Positions 27,429-42,896 of a stretch of 64,000 nt of DNA are shown here, in pieces. Below the pieces are notes generated by a model, which saw only the letters and a list, made by a program, of their open reading frames with translations, was not told where the DNA came from and searched no databases. Location of the stretch: positions 1,438 through 65,437 of the forward strand of contig MWCB01000003.1 in NCBI GenBank assembly GCA_002069815.1, in the 5' to 3' direction. The position numbers were made by a program, and so were the translations under genes. Each line of letters opens with the position of its first letter. Within the stretch, counting starts at the first letter, position 1. The DNA comes from Tenericutes bacterium ADurb.Bin239. GTDB taxonomy: Bacteria; Bacillota_I; Bacilli_A; RFN20; CAG-826.

Positions 27429-28438
27429 AAGAGCGGGTTATTTTAGCAATTGAATCTAGCTGTGATGAAACAGCGGTAGCCATTATTCGTGGCGACAAAC
27501 TTTTAAGTAACGCTGTTAGTAGTCAAATTGCTATGCATCAAAAGTATGGCGGAGTAATGCCTGAACTTGCTTCGCGGCTTCATACTGAAAATATTGTTTA
27601 TACATTAGACGCCGCCTTAAAAGAAGCAAACATAACTCTTGAAGAGGTTGACGCTTTTGCGGTGACACGTGGTCCTGGACTAATTGGTGCCCTTCATGTT
27701 GGATTGCAAGCCGCTAAAACGTTAGCGCTTATTTATAATAAGCCGCTTATTCCTGTACATCACTTAGCGGCTCATATTTACGCCACTGAATTTGTTAAAC
27801 CTTTGGAATTTCCGCTGCTTGCAATTGTCGTAAGTGGTGGGAATACGGAATTTGTCATTATGGAAAAACATTTAGATTTTAAAACAATTGGTGAAACGCG
27901 TGATGACGCGATTGGTGAGTGTTATGACAAAATTGCAAGAGTTCTAAATCTTGGTTATCCAGGTGGTATTCCAATTGACCGTTTAGCTAAAAAGGGAGAG
28001 GCAACCTATAAATTACCAAGTCCCGCTCTCGAAGGTTATGATTTTTCTTTTTCGGGACTAAAAACACATGTTATTAACTTGATTAATAATATGAAACAAA
28101 GCGGCGAAGAAATTAATGTGCCTAATCTTTGTGCGTCATTTCAAAAAGTAGCAATTGATGCCATTATTAAAAAAGGGTTAAAAGCAGCCAAAGAATATAA
28201 AGTTAAACAAGTTGTAATCGCTGGTGGCGTTAGCGCTAATTCATATTTACGCAGTGAAGTACTAGAAAAATTTTCCAAAATTAAAATTGATTCTGCTATC
28301 CCGCCGCTTTGGTGTTGTACGGATCAGGCGGCGATGATTGCTAAGCTTGCCACCTATCTTTATGATGCTAATATATTCGCAAATTATAATTTGGGCGTGG
28401 ATCCCAATTGGGAAATCGAAGATTTTCGTAAGTTTTAA
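27425..28438 (+). CDS. tsaD: tRNA N6-adenosine threonylcarbamoyltransferase TsaD
   Basis: ILAIESSCDETAVAI, GPGLIGALHVG and VSGGNTE motifs. Confidence 0.92.
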   Translation: MKERVILAIESSCDETAVAIIRGDKLLSNAVSSQIAMHQKYGGVMPELASRLHTENIVYTLDAALKEANITLEEVDAFAVTRGPGLIGALHVGLQAAKTLALIYNKPLIPVHHLAAHIYATEFVKPLEFPLLAIVVSGGNTEFVIMEKHLDFKTIGETRDDAIGECYDKIARVLNLGYPGGIPIDRLAKKGEATYKLPSPALEGYDFSFSGLKTHVINLINNMKQSGEEINVPNLCASFQKVAIDAIIKKGLKAAKEYKVKQVVIAGGVSANSYLRSEVLEKFSKIKIDSAIPPLWCCTDQAAMIAKLATYLYDANIFANYNLGVDPNWEIEDFRKF

Positions 28439-28470
28439 TATATAATTAAAAGTGAAGTCGAGGAGAACTT

Positions 28471-29838
28471 ATGTTAAATGTAAAAGCACTATATGTGGCC
28501 TTAGAGAAGGGTCAATTAAAATCCAAGTTAATAAAATTACAAGGATGGGTTAAAACAAATCGTAATAATGGAACGATTGGTTTTATTGAATTTAATGATG
28601 GTAGCGCCTTTAAGGGTGTGCAAATAGTATATGAAAAAACAAAGATTAATAACTTTATGGCGGTTGATAAATTAAGAACTGGTGCGGCAATTGAAGTACA
28701 CGGAACAATTATTTTAACCCCAGAAATGAAACAACCTTTTGAAGTACACGCCCAAGAAATTATCGTTATTGGTGATGTTGCCGAAGATTATCCACTGCAA
28801 AAGAAACGCCATACTCCTGAATTCTTACGTGAAATTGCTCATCTTCGTCCACGCACTAATACCCATAGTGCCCTTTTCCGTTTGCGAAGTGAATTAACAT
28901 ATGCCTTACAAAAGTATCTCTACGATAACGAGTATGTATATGTTCATACCCCAATTATTACTGGAAACGACGCGGAAGGAGCGGGCAATGTCTTTAATGT
29001 TATAACTGACCATAAAGATCCAAACTTTTTCTTTGGTAAAGAAGCCTCACTTACTGTTTCAGGTCAACTTCACGTTGAATCATTTGCGTTAACATTTGGC
29101 AAAGTTTATACCTTTGGACCAACTTTCCGTGCTGAAGAAAGTAACACGACCCGCCACGCGGCGGAGTTTTGGATGCTTGAGCCCGAACTAGCGTTCACCG
29201 ATTTAAATGGGAACATGGATGTTATTGAAGATATTATTAAGTATTCAGTATCTTATGTTTTAGAAAAATGTCCCGATGAAATTGATTTCTTTACGAACTT
29301 TTATGATAAAACGTTACGGACTCGTTTAGAAGCATTGGTGAAAAGCAAAGTCTTACGTATTACATATACAAAAGCAGTTGAAATCTTACTAGATGCCCAG
29401 CAAAAAGGCGTTAAATTCCAATTTGACAATATTTTCTGGGGCATGGATTTGGCAAGTGAGCACGAACGCTATATTTGTGAAGTTTACACAAATGGACCAG
29501 TATTTGTAACCGACTATCCTAAAGAAATTAAAGCTTTTTATATGCGATTAAATGATGATGGGAAAACAGTAGCTGCGTGTGACCTTTTGGTGCCAGGAGT
29601 TGGTGAACTCGTCGGCGGTTCACAGCGCGAAGATCGTTATGATGTCTTAAAAGAAAAGATGATTGCGGGTGGTAATCTTAAAGACTTAGAATGGTATTTA
29701 GATTTACGTAAATATGGCGGAGTCCCTCATTCTGGTTTTGGCATTGGTTTTGATCGTTTATTAATGTATGTAACTGGAGTTCAAAATATTCGTGATGTTC
29801 AACCTTATGCCCGAGTATTTGGATCCTTAAAATATTAG
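28471..29838 (+). CDS. asnS: Asparagine--tRNA ligase
   Basis: Class IIb OB N-domain (GWVKTNRNNGTIGFIEFNDGS), FRAEESNTTRHAAEFWMLEPE, GFGIGFDRLLMY. Confidence 0.9.
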   Translation: MLNVKALYVALEKGQLKSKLIKLQGWVKTNRNNGTIGFIEFNDGSAFKGVQIVYEKTKINNFMAVDKLRTGAAIEVHGTIILTPEMKQPFEVHAQEIIVIGDVAEDYPLQKKRHTPEFLREIAHLRPRTNTHSALFRLRSELTYALQKYLYDNEYVYVHTPIITGNDAEGAGNVFNVITDHKDPNFFFGKEASLTVSGQLHVESFALTFGKVYTFGPTFRAEESNTTRHAAEFWMLEPELAFTDLNGNMDVIEDIIKYSVSYVLEKCPDEIDFFTNFYDKTLRTRLEALVKSKVLRITYTKAVEILLDAQQKGVKFQFDNIFWGMDLASEHERYICEVYTNGPVFVTDYPKEIKAFYMRLNDDGKTVAACDLLVPGVGELVGGSQREDRYDVLKEKMIAGGNLKDLEWYLDLRKYGGVPHSGFGIGFDRLLMYVTGVQNIRDVQPYARVFGSLKY

Positions 29839-29848
29839 AGGTGCGAAA

Positions 29849-29995
29849 ATGAATAAATACGGACAAGACATCCCTTTAACGAAAGAACAAATTGAAATTC
29901 GTGGTTATAAAAGACGGAATCTCGTTTTAGTTATTATCATTATTATTTTAATTGCAATAATTGGTATTCAAATTGGGGTAATGCTTACCCGTTAA
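29849..29995 (+). CDS. Small tail-anchored membrane protein (48 aa), hypothetical
   Basis: Own ORF call, below the track's size cutoff. SD AGAGGTG lies 5 nt before the ATG. Sequence MNKYGQDIPLTKEQIEIRGYKRRNLVLVIIIIILIAIIGIQIGVMLTR. Its 3' end overlaps the convergent gene by 11 nt. Confidence 0.4.
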   Translation: MNKYGQDIPLTKEQIEIRGYKRRNLVLVIIIIILIAIIGIQIGVMLTR

Positions 29996-30704
29996 TTGGC
30001 GGTTGTGGTTGCTTACTAGCAACTTCTGGAACGTTAACACCGCTTTCTTGTAATTCCGCTGGTGCAGCGCTTAAGTCACTTAATTTATAATCTCTTAAAT
30101 CACGGGTAAACATTTTTTTACTATGTTGCAAGATAAATAAAGTACGAGCCATATAAGATAATACTTGGCCTACAAACAAAATTAGAATAACAATTCCAAA
30201 GAGCGCTAAAATGTAGCTAGGAATAGCTTTTGCACTGAAGAAGGGGGTGTGAAGAAGTGGCGGCCAATCACTAATGATACTCATGCCAAAGAATTCGGCG
30301 CGCGGAGTGTTTGCGTAATCAAACTTCCATAAGATAGTAGTAAAACCTTCACTTGTGTAATCAAATAAATCGAGCCAGTGTTGATAAAAGATACTAATAG
30401 TGCCATAAAGGGCAAACCATACGAGCATCATAATAAACGTTTTGCTAAATTGCCGATAAAACTCTAACCGTGATTTTCGAAACGAGTTTCTTTGAAATTG
30501 TTTAAGTGATGAGATATAGCCCGATTCTACTTGGGTGGCCATAAGACGACCAATATCTTCTCCTTGTTTAGCCATATATTTAGAAACACCCTCATAGAAG
30601 AGTCCAAATACAAATAGTAAAACAACAATAACAAAAAAGAGAACAATTAAGAATCTTTTTTCGCTTTCACTAAGTTTAATAAGAATGGTCGGATTTAAAA
30701 TCAT
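29985..30704 (-). CDS. Hypothetical membrane protein (about 3 TM, P/Q-rich C-terminal tail)
   Basis: Third gene of the operon, with an ATGA overlap to the upstream gene. I recognise no family motif. Confidence 0.5.
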   Translation of the reverse strand: MILNPTILIKLSESEKRFLIVLFFVIVVLLFVFGLFYEGVSKYMAKQGEDIGRLMATQVESGYISSLKQFQRNSFRKSRLEFYRQFSKTFIMMLVWFALYGTISIFYQHWLDLFDYTSEGFTTILWKFDYANTPRAEFFGMSIISDWPPLLHTPFFSAKAIPSYILALFGIVILILFVGQVLSYMARTLFILQHSKKMFTRDLRDYKLSDLSAAPAELQESGVNVPEVASKQPQPPING

Positions 30705-31120
30705 TTTAAGTCCTCCGCATCAATAATAGCTTCCTCTGGAATCTGGGCAAGTTCTTGTTCGCTAACTTGTTTGTATACAACGCCGTCTTGTTGGATATAA
30801 GTCACCTGTGGAGGAGTTGGTTGCGTTCCTGGTTGTTGGATGGTATTTAAAATAATGGTCGTTGAAGGTTGAACAACTGGAGCGGGCGGCGGTTGTTGTG
30901 CGGCAAGTTTTTGTTCGGCGAGACGTGTACTTGCGGCAATATCTAATTCAGTGGGACCAAACACATTTTCCCCCTTAAAGAAAGCGGGAATAGCACTAAA
31001 GAAGGTATAGAAAAACATAATTACTGCATAAACTGAAAACCCAGCAAAAATAATTACCCCTAGTGGTAGCGCTAAAATAAATAAGAAGCCTTGTCCTAAC
31101 CTTTTAAATAATCCCTTCAT
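30701..31120 (-). CDS. Hypothetical membrane protein (2 TM with a Pro/Gln-rich domain)
   Basis: FLFILALPLGVIIFAGFSVYAVIMFFYTFF followed by QQPPPAPVVQP...QQPGTQPTPPQ. Overlaps the upstream gene by 17 nt. Confidence 0.5.
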   Translation of the reverse strand: MKGLFKRLGQGFLFILALPLGVIIFAGFSVYAVIMFFYTFFSAIPAFFKGENVFGPTELDIAASTRLAEQKLAAQQPPPAPVVQPSTTIILNTIQQPGTQPTPPQVTYIQQDGVVYKQVSEQELAQIPEEAIIDAEDLK

Positions 31121-32009
31121 TTTTCTCCTCGTTTTTCTTCTTACTAATATATAACCACAAAATATCGCTTATCACAACTGGAATTATTGCGACAATTATA
31201 CCAAAATAGTATGGTAGCGGAGTGTAGTTTTCAAATAGCGCTAAGCCCCCAATTACAAAAACAAGAATCAATAATAAGGTGGACCACGCTAGAACAATAT
31301 GTTTTTGGAAGAGATGGACAACTTTATACAAGGAAAGTAAGATAACCACAAATAAGAGCGCTAGTGCAATAGAATGGTTAAAGAACATTAAAATAATAAC
31401 AGCAGTGATAAACCCTAAATTTACTAGGGTAGTAAAGGGCCACTCTTTGTTATTTATCGTTAATCGAAAATAGGCTGCATCTTGCGTTACTATTACTAGT
31501 GTAATAAGTGTTTGCATAAACGCAAGAAGCGTTAAAATAGCGGGTACTACTAACTTGCCAAATTCAGGATTATTAAAACCAAGGAAAGTCGCAAATACTT
31601 CTAAAAACTTAACATCATAAATCAAATTAATAATTGGAACAGTAATTAAAAGGGTTAAAAGATTAACACCACTGACAATTAGAAGCATTAAAATATCAGG
31701 GATGTGGTATCTAATTAAAAATCCAAACGCCAATCCGCTTGTTAAGATTGGTAGCAAGAAGAAAAGGGTATTATCGATATTTCCAAGGTTTAACACCAGC
31801 GCTAATAAAAGGGTGCCCAAAAAATAAATAGGATAATATTTTAAGTTAATATTAATGGCCACAATAATACTAGCCAATGGCAAGAAAAGCATTATAAGCA
31901 AACTAAAAGCAAATAAATAACTGCTTATAAGCGCAAAGATTACATTTATTGATCCCATGAGGGCGCCTAAAACGAGTTGATGGGTGCGTGATAATGAGTT
32001 CATTTTCAT
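31104..32009 (-). CDS. Hypothetical polytopic membrane protein (about 8-9 TM)
   Basis: 301 aa, almost entirely hydrophobic. First gene of the three-gene unit, divergent from pcrA. Confidence 0.5.
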   Translation of the reverse strand: MKMNSLSRTHQLVLGALMGSINVIFALISSYLFAFSLLIMLFLPLASIIVAININLKYYPIYFLGTLLLALVLNLGNIDNTLFFLLPILTSGLAFGFLIRYHIPDILMLLIVSGVNLLTLLITVPIINLIYDVKFLEVFATFLGFNNPEFGKLVVPAILTLLAFMQTLITLVIVTQDAAYFRLTINNKEWPFTTLVNLGFITAVIILMFFNHSIALALLFVVILLSLYKVVHLFQKHIVLAWSTLLLILVFVIGGLALFENYTPLPYYFGIIVAIIPVVISDILWLYISKKKNEEKNEGII

Positions 32010-32083
32010 AGTACTATTTTAGCATAAAAATCGGCTTCTATAAGGCAGTTTTTCTACCTATATTATGCTATAATATCTTAGAT

Positions 32084-36278
<4,195 letters not shown>

Positions 36279-36300
36279 TATATTACAAACGAGGATAAAT

Positions 36301-36588
36301 ATGAATAAAACCGAAATTAAGAAACTAGCCGAAGATATATTAATAACGCTTACTCCTGAAGAAGAGGCCGCTTTTGTCGCGGAATTCGCTTATTTTAAGA
36401 AATTAGCAAGTCTGTTAGAAAAGTTGCCGAACGTCGATAAAGTAGAACCATTGATGTTTCCGTTTGAAGTAAAACAAACATATTTACGCGAAGACGTAGT
36501 GGAACCCACTCCTGGCGCTAAAGAAATATTGAAAAACAGTAAAAATGCAAAAGATGGGTTTGTTATTGTTCCTAAGGTGGTGAAATAA
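36301..36588 (+). CDS. gatC: Glu/Asp-tRNA amidotransferase subunit C
   Basis: 95 aa, immediately upstream of gatA/gatB. ATG 36301 follows SD GAGGA. Confidence 0.8.
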   Translation: MNKTEIKKLAEDILITLTPEEEAAFVAEFAYFKKLASLLEKLPNVDKVEPLMFPFEVKQTYLREDVVEPTPGAKEILKNSKNAKDGFVIVPKVVK

Positions 36589-36589
36589 G

Positions 36590-38032
36590 ATGGGCTACTT
36601 AAATTTAACAATGACTGAGCTTCATGAACTCTATGTTGCAGGTAAAGCCACTCCTTTAGATGTTGTAAATGAAGTTATTGAAGCCTTAAAAAAAGATCGG
36701 AACAATATCTTAGAAAAAACAATGTATGAGGAAGCGCGCGCTATAGCCGCTAGTCTTACTAAAGTGGAAAAGGATAATATACTTTGGGGAATTCCGTTTT
36801 TAATAAAAGATAATATTGTGACTAGAGGTGTAGAAACAACAGGAAGTAGTAATATCTTAAACGGTTTTATTCCACTATGTAACGCGGTAGTTATTGAAAA
36901 ACTTTTAGCGGCGAAAGCAATTCCAATTGCTAAAACAACCCTTGACGAATTTGGTATGGGTGGCCGCGGGGAAACAGGGCATAAAGGGACTACCTATAAC
37001 CCATACGGGAAAGAAAGAACAAGAATTGTCGGTGGTTCAAGTAGCGGTAGCGCAAGTGGCGTTGCTAGTGGTTATGTTTCTTTTGCGGTTGGCAGTGACA
37101 CTGGTGATTCAATCCGTAAACCCGCAAGTTTTGCTGGACTTGTTGGCTTTAAACCAACTTGGGGTGAAATTTCGCGTTTTGGTTTATTTGCCTTTATGCC
37201 AACTTTTGATCATATTGGCTTTTTCACACGTAGTGTGCTTGAGGCTCGTGTCCTTTTTGAAAAAACAAGAGGTCATGATCCTAAAGATGCAACTTCGATT
37301 GTTAATAAACCTAAAAGAGAAGTAAAAGACGCCTCCCTAAAAGGAAAACGTGTTGCGGTATTAGAACCACTCTTTGCTTTAATGAAAAACCAATTACTAA
37401 TTAAAGAATTTAATAAGTTAGTCGATAAATTAAGAAAAGAAGGAACAATTGTTGACTTTGTTCCTTTTGATAAAGATATCTTAGCGGCTATTTTCCCAAC
37501 TTACTTTATCTTAAGTTGTGCGGAAGCTAACATTAGTAACGCTAATTTGACTGGCATTGGTTTTGGTAATAAGCAAGATGGAAAGAGTTACGAAGAAATT
37601 GTAGCGAACACTCGCGGTCAAGGTTTTTCTTCACGTATTAAGCATCGTTTGATGTTAGGACAATATGCTCTAAAGAAAGAAAATCGATATGAATACTATG
37701 ACCGCGCCCAAAAAGCACGGCGCTTAATTGTTGAAGCAATAGATAAAGTATTAGCGAAGTATGATGTTATTATGCTACCCGCAGCGCCTAGTCACGCGCC
37801 AACGTTAACTAAACCCGCAGAACCAAATAGCGAGATTGAAAATAACTTCATGGCGATTGGCAATTTTGGCGGCAACCCATCTATCACCATTCCTTTATGT
37901 TTAGATGAAGGACTTCCCATCGGTGTTAACTTAACAGGGAAAGTGTTTGATGACATTAACGTTTTAAATCTCGCACTTAGAATCGAAGAAATTACAAAAC
38001 TATACAATTTACATGCAGGGCTACACTTATGA
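36590..38032 (+). CDS. gatA: Glu/Asp-tRNA amidotransferase subunit A (amidase signature)
   Basis: GGSSSGSASGVA...GSDTGDSIRKPA amidase signature. Confidence 0.92.
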   Translation: MGYLNLTMTELHELYVAGKATPLDVVNEVIEALKKDRNNILEKTMYEEARAIAASLTKVEKDNILWGIPFLIKDNIVTRGVETTGSSNILNGFIPLCNAVVIEKLLAAKAIPIAKTTLDEFGMGGRGETGHKGTTYNPYGKERTRIVGGSSSGSASGVASGYVSFAVGSDTGDSIRKPASFAGLVGFKPTWGEISRFGLFAFMPTFDHIGFFTRSVLEARVLFEKTRGHDPKDATSIVNKPKREVKDASLKGKRVAVLEPLFALMKNQLLIKEFNKLVDKLRKEGTIVDFVPFDKDILAAIFPTYFILSCAEANISNANLTGIGFGNKQDGKSYEEIVANTRGQGFSSRIKHRLMLGQYALKKENRYEYYDRAQKARRLIVEAIDKVLAKYDVIMLPAAPSHAPTLTKPAEPNSEIENNFMAIGNFGGNPSITIPLCLDEGLPIGVNLTGKVFDDINVLNLALRIEEITKLYNLHAGLHL

Positions 38033-39456
38033 GATATCAAGTAATTATTGGTTTAGAAATTCATATTGAAACAAAGACAAAAACAAAGATGTTCTCAAGT
38101 TCATCAAGTCTTTTTGATGCGCCCGCAAATACGAACGTAGGAGTCGTGGATATGGCTTTCCCTGGCACTATGCCCACCGTAAATAAACAAGCCGTTAAAA
38201 ACGCTATTATGTTAGCGCATGCCTTAAATATGAAAATTGATGATGAACTTCATTTTGATCGTAAAAACTATTTTTATAGCGATTTACCAAAAGGTTATCA
38301 AATTACTCAACAACGGCGACCCATCGGCAAAGATGGTTATTTAGATATTTTCGTAGGCGACACGAAAAAACGAGTGCGGATTGAGCGTGTACACATGGAA
38401 GAAGATACAGCGAAACAAATCCATCTTGCAGACATCACTTTAATTGACTATAACCGCGCGGGGAATCCGCTGGTGGAGTTAGTGACGAGACCAGACCTAA
38501 GAAACGCTGAAGAAGCAATGGCGTTTATTGAAGCAGTTCGAGAAATTGTTACTTTTCTTGATATAAGTGATGGCAAAATGGAAGAAGGATCACTCCGTTG
38601 TGATGTTAATATTTCCTTACTTCCGCGTGGTACAACAATATTTGGTAATAAAGTGGAAATTAAAAATCTAAATTCTATTTCAAATGTTGGCAAAGTTATT
38701 GAAACAGAAATCAAGCGACAAATCGCTGTTTATGATTCAGGAGAGACAGTTATAAGTCAAACGCGTCGCTATGATGATGTACTGAAAGATACAGTCGCCA
38801 TGCGGATGAAAGATAAAAGTGTTGATTACAAATATATCCCCGAAGGAAACATCCTACCAATCTCGTTAAGTAAAGAGTTTATTGATGAAACAATCGCGGA
38901 AATGAAGGAATTACCAAGCGCTAAGCGAGATCGTTATTTTAACACCTTTAAACTTAACGCTCACGAAGTGAATATCTTGTTACAAGATAAAGATTTAACA
39001 AATTATTTTGACAGAGCGGCACAAGATGTCAAGAACTATAAAACACTTATTAATTGGATTATTGGTGAATTTAGTTCGTACTTAAACAAAGAGGGTAAAA
39101 ATGCACAAAATGTTGCATTATCTCCGCAAAATACAGCTAAATTGATAAATTTAATTGATAACGATACTATTTCTAATAGTCAGGCTCGTGAATTATTTAT
39201 GCATATTGTAGAAACTAATGACGATCCAGAAACAAAAGCGAAAGCTCTTAACTTAGTACAAGTAAGTGACACCGATTTTATTCTTAGTGTTATTAATGAA
39301 GTTATTAATGAAAATTTACACGTTATTGATGACATTAAGGCCGGCAAAGATCGCGCTATGGGCTTCTTAGTGGGACAAGTAATGAAGAAAACAAAAGGTA
39401 AAGTAAATCCAGCGCTTGCTAGCAAGCTTATGAAACAAGAAATAGATAAAAAATAA
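38029..39456 (+). CDS. gatB: Glu/Asp-tRNA amidotransferase subunit B
   Basis: VIIGLEIHIE, DYNRAGNPLVELVT, RCDVNIS, C-terminal YqeY-like tail. Confidence 0.93.
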   Translation: MRYQVIIGLEIHIETKTKTKMFSSSSSLFDAPANTNVGVVDMAFPGTMPTVNKQAVKNAIMLAHALNMKIDDELHFDRKNYFYSDLPKGYQITQQRRPIGKDGYLDIFVGDTKKRVRIERVHMEEDTAKQIHLADITLIDYNRAGNPLVELVTRPDLRNAEEAMAFIEAVREIVTFLDISDGKMEEGSLRCDVNISLLPRGTTIFGNKVEIKNLNSISNVGKVIETEIKRQIAVYDSGETVISQTRRYDDVLKDTVAMRMKDKSVDYKYIPEGNILPISLSKEFIDETIAEMKELPSAKRDRYFNTFKLNAHEVNILLQDKDLTNYFDRAAQDVKNYKTLINWIIGEFSSYLNKEGKNAQNVALSPQNTAKLINLIDNDTISNSQARELFMHIVETNDDPETKAKALNLVQVSDTDFILSVINEVINENLHVIDDIKAGKDRAMGFLVGQVMKKTKGKVNPALASKLMKQEIDKK

Positions 39457-39459
39457 ATA

Positions 39460-39510
39460 AAGGATGACGAGGTGTTCCTTGCCTAACCACCATCATCAAA
39501 ACAAGGAGAA
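39460..39510 (+). promoter_or_regulatory. Candidate preQ1-I-type riboswitch (translational, SD-sequestering pseudoknot)
   Basis: P1 is GGTG (39471-74) paired with CACC (39488-91). The loop TTCCTTGCCTAAC starts with UUC and ends with UAAC. The A-rich tail ATCATCAAAACAAGGAG resembles known preQ1-I tails. Loop TCCTT can pair with SD AAGGA (39503-07). Located upstream of queT. Confidence 0.6.
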
Positions 39511-39513
39511 TGA

Positions 39514-41139
<1,626 letters not shown>

Positions 41140-41140
<1 letters not shown>

Positions 41141-42174
41141 TGGATGTTAACTTATTTGACTTTAATTTACCCAAAGAACTAATTGCGCAATATCCCACTA
41201 TTTCGCGGCAAAATGCGCGTCTTTTAGTATTTAATAAAGACAAAAACGAATTAAAAGATGAACATTTTTACGATATTATTAAGTATTTTAATGCTGGTGA
41301 TGTTTTAGTTTTAAACAATACAAAAGTTATACCCGCAAGACTGCGCGGTATTAAAGTTCCTACAGGTGCAAAGATTGAAGCTATACTGTTAAAAGCTCTT
41401 AAAAATGATGAGTATGAGGTACTAATTGGAAATGCTAAAGCAATTAAAGTCGGTACCATTGTTTCTTTTGGCGGCGGTAAACTTTTAATGGAATGCCTTA
41501 CTAAATATAAAGAAGGAATTCATATAGTAAGGTTTAAATATGAAGGAGTTTTTCTTGAAATTTTAGAAAAAATCGGGACAACCCCACTGCCGCCTTACAT
41601 TGAAGATAAAGCCGAGAAATATGCCCGCTATCAAACAGTGTATGCCAAAGAACCCGGAAGTGCCGCGGCTCCTACCGCTGGTTTTCACTTTACCTCCGAA
41701 ATACTACAAACATTAAAAGAAAAAGGTGTCATAATTGTAGAGATCACCCTTCATATTGGGTTAGGAACTTTTAAACCAGTCAGCGCTGCTGACACCAAAA
41801 ATCATAAAATGCATTACGAAACTTATGAAATTAGTGAAGAAGCAGCGGACACTTTAAATAAAGCAATCGCTGAAAAGCGACGTATCATAAGTGTTGGTAC
41901 AACAGCCACTAGAACTTTAGAAGCTAACTTTGGTAAATATCAAAAAATTGTAGCAACTAACGAAACGACGAATCTTTTTATCACTCCAGGTTATAAATTT
42001 CGGGTTATTAATGCCTTGATTACTAACTTTCATTTACCAAAATCAACTTTAATTATGTTAGTTAGTGCTTTTGCAGGGCGCGAAAAAATATTATCAGCGT
42101 ATTATCACGCGATTAAAGAAAGATATCGCTTTTTCTCATTTGGCGATGTAATGTATATATATGGAGAAAATTAA
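41140..42174 (+). CDS. queA: S-adenosylmethionine:tRNA ribosyltransferase-isomerase
   Basis: FDFNLPKELIAQYP, GSAAAPTAGFHFT, VGTTATRTLE, FFSFGD. Confidence 0.92.
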
Positions 42175-42823
42175 TTATTACAACGTAGCGATTGAAGAGA
42201 TCAATAAGTTCAAAGATTTAGGACGAAGACCAACTTTAGCGCTCCATACTTGTTGCGCGCCTTGCTCTAGTCATGCTTTAGAATTTTTAACGCCGTTTTT
42301 TGATGTAACCATTGCTTATGAGAATAGTAATATTTACCCAGAAGCAGAATTTAATAAACGACGAGATGAAATAAAATGGTTTGTCAGTGAATTTAATCGA
42401 CGGAATAATAAAGATGTAAAAATTGTCTTTTTCCCGTATGATCATGAAGGCTACATGAAAGAGTTAAGAAAGTACGCTGCTGAACCTGAAGGCGGCAAAA
42501 GATGTCATCTTTGTTACGCTCGTCATATTGAAGAAATCTTAAAATATGGCAGTGAAAATGGTTTTGATTATGCGTCCACCACCCTTACTATCTCACGTCA
42601 AAAGAACTCGCAAGTTATTAATGAAATCGCTAAAGAAATAGCGCCGCGTTTCCCAAACATCAAATATTTTTATAGTGATTTCAAGAAAAAGGCAGGATTA
42701 ATGCGCGTTCGTGAAATGAAAGAAGAATATAACTTATATCAGCAACAATATTGTGGTTGTGAGTATTCTTATCGCGACACAGTTTTACGCAGAAAAGACA
42801 AAAAGGATACTGAAAATCTCTAA
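42161..42823 (+). CDS. queH: Epoxyqueuosine reductase QueH (DUF208)
   Basis: LHTCCAPCS and CHLCY...CGCEYS cysteine motifs. 220 aa. Confidence 0.85.
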   Translation: MEKINYYNVAIEEINKFKDLGRRPTLALHTCCAPCSSHALEFLTPFFDVTIAYENSNIYPEAEFNKRRDEIKWFVSEFNRRNNKDVKIVFFPYDHEGYMKELRKYAAEPEGGKRCHLCYARHIEEILKYGSENGFDYASTTLTISRQKNSQVINEIAKEIAPRFPNIKYFYSDFKKKAGLMRVREMKEEYNLYQQQYCGCEYSYRDTVLRRKDKKDTENL

Positions 42824-42868
42824 TTTTTCACGATTTTTGGATAAAAAACACTATTTTAAGCAAAAAAT

Positions 42869-42896
42869 GGAACCGCTTGCAAAAGTGGTTTTTTTC
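42869..42896 (+). terminator. Rho-independent terminator after queH
   Basis: AACCGC-ttgcaaaa-GTGGTT followed by TTTTT. Confidence 0.6.

Noticed and set aside
28439-28470. T-box leaders upstream of asnS, and of cysS at 59252..59291
   Set aside because: The intergenic regions are only 32 and 40 nt, far too short for a T-box. The 12-nt palindrome ATGCGTACGCAT (about 59266-59277) before cysS was noted but is too isolated to interpret.
36927-37325. 132-aa same-strand alternative-frame ORF within gatA, with similar internal ORFs at 26421..26609, 32538..32777, 40800..41039 and 59359..59604
   Set aside because: They are embedded out of frame in conserved enzymes, and nothing suggests overlapping genes.
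39460-39510. preQ1-II (COG4708-associated) riboswitch class for the queT leader
   Set aside because: The leader of about 50 nt is too short for the roughly 80-nt preQ1-II architecture. Its hairpin plus A-rich tail fits the type I layout better.
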